Assembly (NCBI GenBank): GCA_036676395.1
Contig: JAKFCY010000002.1
Span: forward strand, 288,001-352,000
DNA: 64,000 bases
Direction: 5' to 3'
DNA from: Bdellovibrio sp.
GTDB taxonomy: Bacteria; Bdellovibrionota; Bdellovibrionia; Bdellovibrionales; Bdellovibrionaceae
A program made the position numbers and the translations under genes. The notes under the pieces are model-generated. The model did no database searches. It was given only the letters and a program-made list of their open reading frames with translations, and was not told the DNA's origin. Positions 18,046-27,536 of this stretch are shown piece by piece (within the stretch, counting starts at the first letter, position 1; each line of letters starts with the position of its first letter).

Positions 18046-20793
18046 CTAAGAAATTCCCAATTTCGTTTGCACAACCTTGTTAGCTTCATTGATTTTGGTG
18101 CGATCAGGTACAGCACCTTGAGCAAAATCTGGTCTGCCGCCACCTTTACCGCCAAGCACTTGCGCGAAATCTTTTAATAATGTTCCGGCTTGAAACTGAG
18201 ACGTTAAATCTTTACTTACACTTATAATCACAGGATGAGTGGCTTCGCCTGAACCCATCACGATAACTACGCCTTTTTGAATTTTATTTTTCAATTGATC
18301 TGTGATTTGTGCTAACACATCACGATCATCTAAACCCACATCCGCAAATACGTATTTTGCATCGCCCGCAAATGTTTGAGCGGTTTTTGCAATTTCATCG
18401 ACGTTGATTTGGCCAGACTGAGCTTTTTTGATTTGTTTTTGTAAATCTTTAACTTCGTCTTTTTTAGCTTCGATCCATTCAACGATTGATTTATCTGAAG
18501 CTAAGCCTGTCGCTAAGCGAGCTTGTTTTACTTCTTCAGTGTTTTTCATAAAGAATTCAATCACCGCATCACCAGTGATAGCTTCGATACGACGAACGCC
18601 GGCGCTAACGCCAGATTCAGAGATCACTTTGAAAGCTCTGATTTCAGCTGTGTTATGCACGTGGGTTCCACCGCATAATTCGATCGAGAAGGGTTTTTCA
18701 TTCGCAGATAGAACTGGTTGGCCCATTGTTAATACACGAACTTCATCGCCGTATTTTTCACCGAATAAGGCCATGGCGCCTTTATCGATCGCTGCTTTGT
18801 GCGACAGCGTTTCAACTTGCACCGTATGAGCATGTGAAATTTCAGTGTTTACTAATTCTTCGATTTTTTTAATTTCTTCAGAAGTTAGGGGTTTGTTATG
18901 AGTAAAATCGAAACGAGTTTTTGAGCTATCAACTAAAGAACCCGCTTGAGTCACATGTGTGCCTAGCACTAAACGTAATGCCGAGTGCATAAGATGTGTT
19001 GCCGAGTGATTGCTCGCTGTTTGGCGGCGTTCTTTTGATTCAACGTGCGCATTAACAGAGTCTTGGGCTTTAAGTTCGCCAGTCAGCACTTCAATTTGGT
19101 GTAAAAATACGGATCCTTGCTTGATACAGTCGTGAATTTTAGCATCAACATTCGGTGATAATAATAAACCATGGTCACCAGCTTGGCCGCCGCCTTCAGC
19201 GTAAAACGGAGTTTGATCTAAAATAGCATAACCAGTTTCGCCAGCTTTTAGCGAAGTCACTTCTTTTGAACCGTTTGATAAGGCTAAAACTTTTGATTTA
19301 GAAACTAAATGATCATAACCAATAAATTTTGTCGGGTTTTTTGAATGCGTTTGGCCGAATTCGATCACATGCTTTTCATCAGCTTGTAATGATTTAGCTT
19401 TCCAAGATGATTTTGCTTTTTCTTTGGCAGCTTGCATGACTTTTTCAAAGCCTGCTTCATCAACAGCAAAGCCTTGTTCGGCAGCCATAAGCGCTGTTAA
19501 ATCGACCGGAAATCCGTAAGTGTCATAAAGTTTAAAAATTGTTTCGCCAGAGATAGACGTTTGTTTACTGGCTTTTAATTTTTTGATTTCTTCCTGAAAA
19601 ATCACTGTGCCGTTATCAAGAGTTTGTAAGAAGCGGGCTTCTTCGTCTCTGATTGTTGATAAAATATGATCTTTGCGAGATTTTAATTCTGGATAAAAAT
19701 CTGACATCGCCACAATTAAGGCTTCAGACATTGGCATCAATAACGATTTGTCAGTCGAAATTTTTCTGCCGTAACGAATTGCACGACGCATGATACGACG
19801 TAAGACGTAACCACGGCCTTCGTTTGAGGGAAGAGCACCATCTGCTAGTAAAAATGAAGTCGATCTGCAGTGATCAGCTAATACACGAACTGCGGTTAGT
19901 TCTTCAAACTTTTGTTTTTGTTCTTCAGACAATTTTGCATCTGAATTTAAAGTTTTAATATTAGCGCGTTCCCATTTGATCATGTCGGCGTAATTCAATT
20001 TTGAACCGGCTTTAGTTAGGCCTGTCGTAATAATTTCTTGAAATAAATCTGTGTTGTAATTGTTCCAGCAATCTTGAACTGCTGCCGTTAAACGTTCAAA
20101 ACCAGAACCCGTATCTACAGATGGTTTTGGCAGCGGATTCATTACACCTGGTGCTGTTTCTTCGAATTGCATGAATACTAAATTCCAGATTTCAACATAG
20201 CGGTCTTCACCGGCTTTGATTGATTCGAAAGGATCAGCGATTTTTCCAAAGTCTGGGCCGTGATCATAGAAAATTTCAGAACATGGCCCACATGGGCCGA
20301 CATCGCCCATTCTCCAGAAGTTATCTTTTTCGCCTAAACGAAAAATGCGATCTTTAGGAACACCTTCTTGTTTGTGCCAGATATCTGCAGCTTCATCATC
20401 GTTTAAAAAAACTGTAACATATAATTTTTCTTTTGGAATTTTTAATTCAACCGTCAAAAACTCCCAAGCGTAATGGATCGCATCTTTTTTGAAGTAATCG
20501 CCGAAAGAGAAGTTTCCTAACATTTCAAAAAATGTGTGATGGCGCGCTGTAAAACCTACGTTATCTAAATCGTTATGCTTACCGCCGGCACGAACACACT
20601 TTTGTGAAGTTACGGCTTTAACATAGTCGCGTTTTTCTAACCCTAAAAAACAGTTTTTAAACTGATTCATACCGGCGTTCGTGAAAAGTAAAGTCGGGTC
20701 ATTCTCGGGGATCAAGCTTGAGCTTGAAACGGGGGTATGGCCATTTTTTTTGAAATAATTAATAAATGCACTTCTAACTTCAGTATTTTTCAT
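18046..20793 (-). CDS. alaS: Alanine--tRNA ligase
   Basis: DPTLLFTNAGMNQFK, RHHTFFEMLGNFSFGDYFK, NHSATHL, ELCGGTH and GGKGGG motifs; start set at ATG 20793. Confidence 0.98.
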   Translation of the reverse strand: MKNTEVRSAFINYFKKNGHTPVSSSSLIPENDPTLLFTNAGMNQFKNCFLGLEKRDYVKAVTSQKCVRAGGKHNDLDNVGFTARHHTFFEMLGNFSFGDYFKKDAIHYAWEFLTVELKIPKEKLYVTVFLNDDEAADIWHKQEGVPKDRIFRLGEKDNFWRMGDVGPCGPCSEIFYDHGPDFGKIADPFESIKAGEDRYVEIWNLVFMQFEETAPGVMNPLPKPSVDTGSGFERLTAAVQDCWNNYNTDLFQEIITTGLTKAGSKLNYADMIKWERANIKTLNSDAKLSEEQKQKFEELTAVRVLADHCRSTSFLLADGALPSNEGRGYVLRRIMRRAIRYGRKISTDKSLLMPMSEALIVAMSDFYPELKSRKDHILSTIRDEEARFLQTLDNGTVIFQEEIKKLKASKQTSISGETIFKLYDTYGFPVDLTALMAAEQGFAVDEAGFEKVMQAAKEKAKSSWKAKSLQADEKHVIEFGQTHSKNPTKFIGYDHLVSKSKVLALSNGSKEVTSLKAGETGYAILDQTPFYAEGGGQAGDHGLLLSPNVDAKIHDCIKQGSVFLHQIEVLTGELKAQDSVNAHVESKERRQTASNHSATHLMHSALRLVLGTHVTQAGSLVDSSKTRFDFTHNKPLTSEEIKKIEELVNTEISHAHTVQVETLSHKAAIDKGAMALFGEKYGDEVRVLTMGQPVLSANEKPFSIELCGGTHVHNTAEIRAFKVISESGVSAGVRRIEAITGDAVIEFFMKNTEEVKQARLATGLASDKSIVEWIEAKKDEVKDLQKQIKKAQSGQINVDEIAKTAQTFAGDAKYVFADVGLDDRDVLAQITDQLKNKIQKGVVIVMGSGEATHPVIISVSKDLTSQFQAGTLLKDFAQVLGGKGGGRPDFAQGAVPDRTKINEANKVVQTKLGIS

Positions 20794-20856
20794 AATAAAT
20801 AACATACAAGGTTGGTCTGAAAGCTGCAATTAATTGATGTTATGCGAGGTGATTTT

Positions 20857-22056
20857 ATGAAAGACACTCAACGTTTCATTTTGAGACAATCAGTGCTAGC
20901 TGTATTGCTTTTAAGCTCAACAGCCTACGGGCAGCTTGCTTGCGGCCAGTTGTTTGAGAACAATATTGCGCCTGCTGCACACGAACAAGTCAAAGTGGCG
21001 ATCGGGTCTGATAAATTAACAAAATTAGCGCGCAGTAATGCCCCCCAGTCTTGGGCTTGGTTTAAAACTTATTCTGGCAAATACCTTTCAAAAGATATTC
21101 TAAAATTCGAAGGCATGATTGATGGTGATCCACATAATGGTAACTACGGCCCAACAACAGTTAACGGCAAAGTGAAATGGAAATCACTAGACTATGACGA
21201 CGCGGGAACTGGCCCTTATATTTTGGATTATGCTAAATTTTTAATTTCAATTAAAGCTGTCGACAGCGTAAAAAAAGTAAAAGCCAGCGAATTGTGGGAG
21301 CATTACCAACGGGGTCTTGAAGGCAAAGATTATAAAGAAACTCCGGGGTTGATTTCAGAACTTTTAAGTATGTCAGCAAAAGATTTTCGTAATTTAGAAG
21401 TTAAAAAAGCCGCTAAATTTTCAACGGGCGATAAATTAATTAATGATGGTGAACGATCTACAAAAATCACTGATAAAAAAATGCATAATTTAATTTTAGA
21501 AGTCTTTCGCAGACATTTACCAGAAGGCACACAAGTCCTTGATGTTGGCGGCCGCGAAAAAGAAGGTGGCGGCTCAGGTTCAGTCAACGGTGAAGGCGGA
21601 GCTTTGCGTTTTGTCGCGTTAGTTAAAGGTGCTGACGGGCGCAATACATTATTTGAATTAAAACAAGATGCAGAATCAGGAATTCAAAATTACCAACCGC
21701 AAACAGTCACGTTGCAAGAAGTGTTAAATTTTCACGTGATCGATAAAGGCGGAAACGATAAAAACTACCAAGAAGTAAATGTGAATATTAACGGCGATAA
21801 ACGGTTTGTGTTACGCCCAAAGCCAATTTATTTTTATGATTACGCAAATAAGGCTAAAACCATGAGCCAATTTGCAGAGTTCGAAGCCTTGAGTCTTTAT
21901 AATGCATGGTACAAAGGAATGATGCACGGAAAGCAAGAAAACGGACAACAGTACCTGAAAGCTATTCAGGCAGACACAAACGGCGAAATTTTTGAAGGCT
22001 TAAAGAATGTGACTTGGGCGTACCTTGAGCATCTAGAAACCTTCTTGCCGAAGTAA
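20857..22056 (+). CDS. Secreted DUF2252-like (kinase-like fold) protein
   Basis: SD GAGGTG; signal peptide ending AYG; GDPHNGNYG and LDYDDA motifs, GGSGS...RFVALV, ELKQ. Confidence 0.65.
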   Translation: MKDTQRFILRQSVLAVLLLSSTAYGQLACGQLFENNIAPAAHEQVKVAIGSDKLTKLARSNAPQSWAWFKTYSGKYLSKDILKFEGMIDGDPHNGNYGPTTVNGKVKWKSLDYDDAGTGPYILDYAKFLISIKAVDSVKKVKASELWEHYQRGLEGKDYKETPGLISELLSMSAKDFRNLEVKKAAKFSTGDKLINDGERSTKITDKKMHNLILEVFRRHLPEGTQVLDVGGREKEGGGSGSVNGEGGALRFVALVKGADGRNTLFELKQDAESGIQNYQPQTVTLQEVLNFHVIDKGGNDKNYQEVNVNINGDKRFVLRPKPIYFYDYANKAKTMSQFAEFEALSLYNAWYKGMMHGKQENGQQYLKAIQADTNGEIFEGLKNVTWAYLEHLETFLPK

Positions 22057-22102
22057 GTTTTTAAACGCTAACATGGGCACACCTAAATTAAGGGGAGTGT
22101 TC

Positions 22103-23044
22103 ATGTTAGAATCATTAAGTGTTACAACAATTATTATTGCGTTAGTTGTGTTGTCTGTAGTTGGTGGATTATTTGTAACCGTTAATCAGGGAACGATCAG
22201 TGTCGTTACCATGTTCGGTAAATACCGCCGTATCCTTTACCCAGGATTAAATTTGAAAATTCCGTTTATCGAAACAGTTTTTCGCAGAGTCTCTGTGCAA
22301 AATCAATCGATCGAATTACAATTCCAGGCGATCACGCTTGATCAAGCCAATGTAAATTTCAAAGCGATGTTATTATATTCTGTTATCGATCAACGCGAAG
22401 AAACTATCAAAGACGTAGCGTTCAAATTTATCGATTTCAGCTCTTTAATGCAGACGTTAAATCGCACTGTTGAAGGCAGCGTGCGTGGATTCGTTGCGAC
22501 GAAAAAACAAAACGAAATTTTAGCTTTACGTAAAGACATCGTAAATGCTGTTAAAGAACAGCTTGATGAAGAATTAAGATCATGGGGTTATCACTTAATC
22601 GATATGCAGTTAAATGATATTACTTTTGATGAAACGATCATGGCATCAATGGCGCAAGTTGTGGCCTCAAGCAATTTACGTGCAGCTGCAGAAAATGAAG
22701 CGCTGGCTTTATTAATCAAAAAAACAAAAGCTGCTGAAGCTGATGGTATCGCGATTAAAATTTCTGCTGAAGCTGAAAAGTTAGCGGCAAAACTTCGCGG
22801 TGAAGGTATTGCCCTTTTCAGAGAAGAAGTGGCAAAAGGTATGGCTAAAGCTGCTGACGAAATGAAAAACGCGGGCCTTGATAGTTCGTTTATTTTATTT
22901 TCAATGTGGACTGATGCTCTTAAACATTTTGCTGAAACTGGCCAAGGAAATACGATTTTCTTAGACGGTTCTACTGAAGGTTTAGAAAAAACTATGAAAC
23001 AAATGACTGTGCTTTCAAATCCAAAAACAGTAGGAAAAGCTTAA
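22103..23044 (+). CDS. SPFH/band-7 domain membrane protein
   Basis: SD AGGGGAG; N-terminal TM; FGKY.RIL.PGLNLKIPFIE; Ala/Glu-rich coiled coil. Confidence 0.9.
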   Translation: MLESLSVTTIIIALVVLSVVGGLFVTVNQGTISVVTMFGKYRRILYPGLNLKIPFIETVFRRVSVQNQSIELQFQAITLDQANVNFKAMLLYSVIDQREETIKDVAFKFIDFSSLMQTLNRTVEGSVRGFVATKKQNEILALRKDIVNAVKEQLDEELRSWGYHLIDMQLNDITFDETIMASMAQVVASSNLRAAAENEALALLIKKTKAAEADGIAIKISAEAEKLAAKLRGEGIALFREEVAKGMAKAADEMKNAGLDSSFILFSMWTDALKHFAETGQGNTIFLDGSTEGLEKTMKQMTVLSNPKTVGKA

Positions 23045-23123
23045 TTTTCTACTTGGTCCGCGACTTGCTTTGATTTCTCTCTATAACATGACTAAGTGTC
23101 ATACTGACTATAGAGGGGAATCT

Positions 23124-23699
23124 ATGCTTAAGTTTTTTATCGTATCGGTGTTATCTTTATGTGCAAATTTCGCATTTGCTCAACAAAACTGTATGAACAG
23201 TTGTTCTACTGAGTGTGTTCGCGCAGCACAGCAGGTTTTAGTGAACTGCAGTGGAGCCACTCCACCACCAACCCAACCATCACAAAAAACAGCTCTTTAT
23301 CATTCTGATTCTTGTAATGAAGGTGATTTAATTGCCAACTTAAGATCTGGTACAGATTGTTCCAGTCAAGCCATGACGTCAGCCCAACGCACGTGGGGCG
23401 TGAAAGTTCGTGGAACTTGTTATGATGTTTCTGATTTAGAAACTCCAACAGCTTGCGTGAAATATAAAGCTGCAGGCAATGCGAGCGCGACACTCTTTTA
23501 TCATAGTGATTCTTGTCAGACATCAGAACTTATGGCCGCAGTTGATGAAACTACAGACTGTGAAGCTTTGGCAAAAGTATCGAGTGATCGCGTTTGGGGT
23601 GTAGTAACGGATGGTCAATGCATTGATATTTCGGATATGGATTTAAAAGAAGCTTGTTCGCGTTATAAAGATGCTTTTGTTTTTGAGAAGAAAAAATAG
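23124..23699 (+). CDS. Secreted Cys-rich protein with two ~68-aa repeats
   Basis: SD GAGGGG; signal peptide AFA-Q; two copies of YHSDSC...WGV...G.C.D.SD...AC..YK. Confidence 0.8.
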   Translation: MLKFFIVSVLSLCANFAFAQQNCMNSCSTECVRAAQQVLVNCSGATPPPTQPSQKTALYHSDSCNEGDLIANLRSGTDCSSQAMTSAQRTWGVKVRGTCYDVSDLETPTACVKYKAAGNASATLFYHSDSCQTSELMAAVDETTDCEALAKVSSDRVWGVVTDGQCIDISDMDLKEACSRYKDAFVFEKKK

Positions 23700-23714
23700 T
23701 TTTTATCTCTTCTT

Positions 23715-23739
23715 GTGGGCTGTCTTTCTGATGGCCCGC
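23715..23739. terminator. Hairpin between convergent genes, possible terminator
   Basis: GTGGGCTGTC-tttct-GATGGCCCGC stem with G-U pairs. Confidence 0.5.
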
Positions 23740-23741
23740 TC

Positions 23742-23834
23742 TTATAATCCTAATATATATAACCAGTATTTAAGTCCTTTAAGTTGTTTCAAAATTTCGC
23801 TTCTATATTTTACTTCGTAAGTAAGTTGTTCCAT
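23742..23834 (-). CDS. Putative 30-aa small protein MEQLTYEVKYRSEILKQLKGLKYWLYILGL (not in ORF track)
   Basis: SD AAGGAG 9 nt before ATG, TAA stop followed by a hairpin, divergent from an HTH gene. Confidence 0.6.
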   Translation of the reverse strand: MEQLTYEVKYRSEILKQLKGLKYWLYILGL

Positions 23835-23897
23835 TTGTGTTATCTCCTTGTTGAAAACAAAGTAGCGCTATTTGATATTTTTTAAAATAGTGGCGAT

Positions 23898-23922
23898 AAA
23901 GGTATCAATATATGATACCTTT
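23898..23922. promoter_or_regulatory. Palindromic operator candidate
   Basis: AAAGGTATCA-atata-TGATACCTTT just upstream of the HTH gene. Confidence 0.7.
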
Positions 23923-23943
23923 TAGGGATAAAAGGAACGAATT

Positions 23944-24765
23944 ATGAATTCTCGCAGTCAGACCTTACAAGATTCTTTAAAAGACGCCATTAAGTCAGTA
24001 CTTAAACAGCAGAAGAAAACCTATGACGATTTAGCCGAAGAATTAGAAATCTCGGTACCCACGGTTAAAAGAATTCTTACTAAAGAAGAGATGGGCTTAT
24101 CGCGCTTATTACAGATTTGTGATTATTTAAAAATATCTCTGACTGAATTAGAAAAAATCGCCAATCACAATAAAAATACAGCAACAAACAGGTTCACAGA
24201 AAAACAAGAAGAGTTTCTGGCGAAAAATCCAAATTACTTAACATTCTTGTTGATGATGTATTCCGACTTATCGCCGGAAGAAATTATGAAGCAAACTAAA
24301 ATCGACGACAAAAGTTTAAAGCTCTATTTGTTACGTTTAGAAAAACTTGATTTAATTACTTATCGTAACGGTAAATATGCACTGCCCTTTGAGCTTTTTC
24401 CGAATTTGATTCCATACGGAAAAATTCATGAAGCTAACTTTAATAACATTATTGAGTCAGGCGCAAATTTCTTTAAGCGCTATAATAGGCAACGTATTTT
24501 AGCCAAAAATACAGAGCGCGATAAAGGATCTACGATGGGATTAACCATGTTAACTTTGAGTCGTGAAAGTTATCTTGAGTGGTTTGATAAAATTAAAAAG
24601 TTATATCAAGAGCTGCAGGATACTTCGATCGTCGAAGAAAAAATGCCGAAATTAAAAAATAAAAAAACAGTTGTGATTATGAGCTGTCACGGCGTTATCG
24701 AGTCTGATGACCCGGAAGTAGAGTTTTTGCAGAATTCATTTGGTGTGGTAAAGAATATTACCTAG
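23944..24765 (+). CDS. XRE-family HTH regulator with a second winged-helix/sensor region
   Basis: TYDDLAEELEISVPTVKRIL HTH; L..LEKLDLI second wHTH-like segment. Confidence 0.85.
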   Translation: MNSRSQTLQDSLKDAIKSVLKQQKKTYDDLAEELEISVPTVKRILTKEEMGLSRLLQICDYLKISLTELEKIANHNKNTATNRFTEKQEEFLAKNPNYLTFLLMMYSDLSPEEIMKQTKIDDKSLKLYLLRLEKLDLITYRNGKYALPFELFPNLIPYGKIHEANFNNIIESGANFFKRYNRQRILAKNTERDKGSTMGLTMLTLSRESYLEWFDKIKKLYQELQDTSIVEEKMPKLKNKKTVVIMSCHGVIESDDPEVEFLQNSFGVVKNIT

Positions 24766-24837
24766 AGAAAGAAAAAAATCGAGCCGGGCAGTCGTTGAAG
24801 TTTACTTGACCGCCCGCTCATGGAACTAAAAAAAGAA

Positions 24838-25161
24838 CTATTGAGCTTTTGCTCCGCCTTTGTATCCGTAAGCAACTGTGCACCAAGTGTGTTTGATGAA
24901 TAGTAAGCTTGAAGAGTGTTGGTCAATGTGTGAAACGATTGACATACCACCAGCTTTTGCAGCTTCAGCAACAGAAGCATCACCAGTAGCGTAAGCGCCT
25001 AACCAGCTAGTTGCACAAGCTTCACCACGCAAAGGACCTTTGGGTAAGTGAGTAGTTGCTACTGGACCGTGAACGTCAGAGTAGATAAATCCCCCAACAG
25101 GTTGAGTTGAAGCACAGCCAGCTAAAGTTACTAAAGCTAATACAGCGATTAAAATTTTCAT
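24838..25161 (-). CDS. TRL-like family lipoprotein
   Basis: Lipobox LAGC; GEACATSWLG..ATGDASVAEAAKAGG motif; start set at 25161. Confidence 0.85.
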   Translation of the reverse strand: MKILIAVLALVTLAGCASTQPVGGFIYSDVHGPVATTHLPKGPLRGEACATSWLGAYATGDASVAEAAKAGGMSIVSHIDQHSSSLLFIKHTWCTVAYGYKGGAKAQ

Positions 25162-25301
25162 TGAGAATCCCTTCGTTGAATAAATAATTTTGCAAAATTG
25201 CAAATAAACTTGAAACAGTATGATTTCTAATCACTTTTTCGTCCAGTCATGATGCCTCTGAGCTAGACCTTGGGCTTGGTTGTAAGCATAATAAATAACA
25301 G

Positions 25302-26345
25302 ATGAGCAGTTACCAAGAATCAGAAAAAATAATTCTTTTTGAACTTCGGCGCGAGTTTTTAGAAATCGCGCGCACGCGCAAGCTGAAATTTCAGTTAGCG
25401 AATGTGCAATTATTTGATTCACAAAGTAAATGGGGCGAGTACGACCATTTAACCCGCGCAATTTCTATTTCACGTAAACTAGTGCAAAATTTTTCGTGGA
25501 CGCATGTCGTGGGAGTACTGAAACATGAGATGGCTCATCAATGGGTTTATGAAAACTATTCAGACAGTGATGTTTCAGCGCACGGTAAAGAATTTCATCA
25601 GGCGTGTGAAAAATTAAAACTGCAAGCGATATACTGTTCAAGTAAAGTTGAGCTTGCGGCAGAAAATCCAAATTTTCATGTAGTTGATGAAATAAATCCG
25701 CTGATTGAAAAAGTTAAAAAATTAATGTCATTAGCCACTTCGACAAATGAACACGAAGCAAGTCTTGCAGCTACAAAAGTTCGCGAGTTGTATTTAAAAT
25801 ATAATCTTGAGCAAACTGATCTTGGTAAAACCAGTGAAGTTACCCATTTAATTATTTCTACGCGTAAAAAACGTCTTTCGCTGATCGAGAAAAAGATCAT
25901 CGCGATGTTAGTTGAATTTTATTTTGTGCAAGTGATCGTGGTGCAAGAATTTGATTCAAAAACATTAGTGCATTACCAAGCTTTAGAAGTTATCGGTTTA
26001 AAAGAAAATACGCTTATGGCTGAATATGTGTATCAGTTTTTATATCGCGCAACTCAAAGTTATGCCGGGACTTCGATGAAGCTTGGTTTATTAGATGGTT
26101 TTGCACAAAAGCTTAAAGCTCCTGTCACAGCGAGCGCTTCAAATGAGAAAGCGTTAATGATTCGGGCTGAGGCTGCACTTGAAGATTATGTGCATGATTA
26201 CTTTCCACGTTTGCGCAGCTTGCGTTCATCATCACGACAAATTTCAAGCAGTGATTACAATCATGGCGTAAGCCAAGGGCAAAAACTCAATTTAAATAAA
26301 CCGATTTCTGAAAAGAATCGTGGCGCAACAAAACTTATAGGTTAA
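25302..26345 (+). CDS. SprT-like zinc metalloprotease domain plus DUF2786 domain protein
   Basis: WG...LKHEMAHQ...HGKEF and KVKKLMSLA.STNEHEA.LA motifs. Confidence 0.85.
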   Translation: MSSYQESEKIILFELRREFLEIARTRKLKFQLANVQLFDSQSKWGEYDHLTRAISISRKLVQNFSWTHVVGVLKHEMAHQWVYENYSDSDVSAHGKEFHQACEKLKLQAIYCSSKVELAAENPNFHVVDEINPLIEKVKKLMSLATSTNEHEASLAATKVRELYLKYNLEQTDLGKTSEVTHLIISTRKKRLSLIEKKIIAMLVEFYFVQVIVVQEFDSKTLVHYQALEVIGLKENTLMAEYVYQFLYRATQSYAGTSMKLGLLDGFAQKLKAPVTASASNEKALMIRAEAALEDYVHDYFPRLRSLRSSSRQISSSDYNHGVSQGQKLNLNKPISEKNRGATKLIG

Positions 26346-26355
26346 TAATTCAGGT

Positions 26356-26841
26356 ATGAAACAGAAAATAATAATCTTATTAGCCACTTTTTTTGGTTCG
26401 GGAAAACTGCCTAAATCTCCGGGCACATGGGGAACATTAGCGACAATTCCTTTATGGTATTTGTTGGCTTCGCAGCTTCATGCCGTGACTTATATGATCG
26501 TCACTTTAGTTTTATGTGTGGCTGCAATTTTAATTGCGCAGGCCTACGAAAACATGACCAACACGCATGATTCAAAAGAAATTGTGATTGATGAAGTGGT
26601 GGGGTTTTTAATCACGATGACGTGGCTACCGTTAACATGGCAAAGCTTGATCGCTGGTTTTATTTTATTTCGTATCGTCGATATCACGAAACCACCTCCA
26701 ATTAGACAATTAGACCAAAAAGTAAAGGGCGGGGTCGGCGTAGTGATCGATGATATTGCTGCCGGATTAGTGTGCAATGTAGTTCTGCAGCTTGTTTATA
26801 CCTACACGCCATGGCTTGGGGCGCAAACCCAGACTTTATAA
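26356..26841 (+). CDS. pgpA: Phosphatidylglycerophosphatase A
   Basis: PGTWGTL, HDSKEIVIDEVVG, FRIVDITKP and GGVGVVIDDIAAG motifs. Confidence 0.95.
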   Translation: MKQKIIILLATFFGSGKLPKSPGTWGTLATIPLWYLLASQLHAVTYMIVTLVLCVAAILIAQAYENMTNTHDSKEIVIDEVVGFLITMTWLPLTWQSLIAGFILFRIVDITKPPPIRQLDQKVKGGVGVVIDDIAAGLVCNVVLQLVYTYTPWLGAQTQTL

Positions 26842-26869
26842 TAGATTAGTTAAAAAAAGCTCTTTACAT

Positions 26870-26913
26870 ATGTGTAAGTGATATGTAAGTTTATATGTAA
26901 GTTATATGAAAGT
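26870..26913 (+). repeat. Four phased direct repeats, consensus ATATGTAAGT
   Basis: Copies at 26870, 26881, 26893 and 26904 (period 11-12 bp). Confidence 0.85.
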
Positions 26914-26928
26914 AATTACGGATTAAGC

Positions 26929-27492
26929 ATGAAGACATTAAAAGTTGTGCAGTTAAATGTGCAAACTGAAGATCTGAATTCTCGAATGAAAACTGCTCTA
27001 AAAAGAGCGGTTCAGGTTGTTCGTGACAAGGATATGTTGGTGGGGTTTGCTGAGAGCTGTACCGGGGGACTTTTAGCAAGTTCGCTAACTCAACAATCAG
27101 GGGTCTCAGATATTTTCTGGGGCTCAGTTGTTTGTTATGCGAATGAAAGTAAGAGTACTTTTTTGGGTGTGCAAGAGTCTGTGTTTAAAGAATTCGGTGC
27201 TGTCAGCAACGAATGCGCAAAACAGATGGCTGAAGGATTGGCCGCACAAATCAAAAAAACAACATCGAAAGATGTCGTAACGGTTTCAGTGACCGGAATA
27301 GCAGGACCGAGCGGCGGAACACCAACAAAGCCAGTAGGAACTGTATTCATTGCGGTGGCTGGTACGAAGTTAGCAACTCAAGTATTTCATCACGAATTCG
27401 TAACTACAGTTAAAGATAAAGAACTTACTCGCGAAGAGGTTCAACAAGCAGCGGCCGTTGCAGCGTTAGAACATCTAAGTGAATTAATTTAA
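26929..27492 (+). CDS. cinA: CinA C-terminal domain protein / NMN amidohydrolase (PncC)
   Basis: AESCTGG, GAVS..CA.QMA and TGIAGPSGGT..KPVGTVFI motifs; start uncertain. Confidence 0.9.
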   Translation: MKTLKVVQLNVQTEDLNSRMKTALKRAVQVVRDKDMLVGFAESCTGGLLASSLTQQSGVSDIFWGSVVCYANESKSTFLGVQESVFKEFGAVSNECAKQMAEGLAAQIKKTTSKDVVTVSVTGIAGPSGGTPTKPVGTVFIAVAGTKLATQVFHHEFVTTVKDKELTREEVQQAAAVAALEHLSELI

Positions 27493-27536
27493 TAAATTTT
27501 TTTATTATATAAATATATATAAGAGGAGCAAAAAAC

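Noticed and set aside
20881..20887. Additional TTGAGAC occurrence
   Set aside because: It lies inside a coding sequence (Leu-Arg-Gln), so it was not counted as regulatory.
26870..26913. Direct repeats as a CRISPR array
   Set aside because: The units are 10 bp with no spacers, and no cas genes are present.
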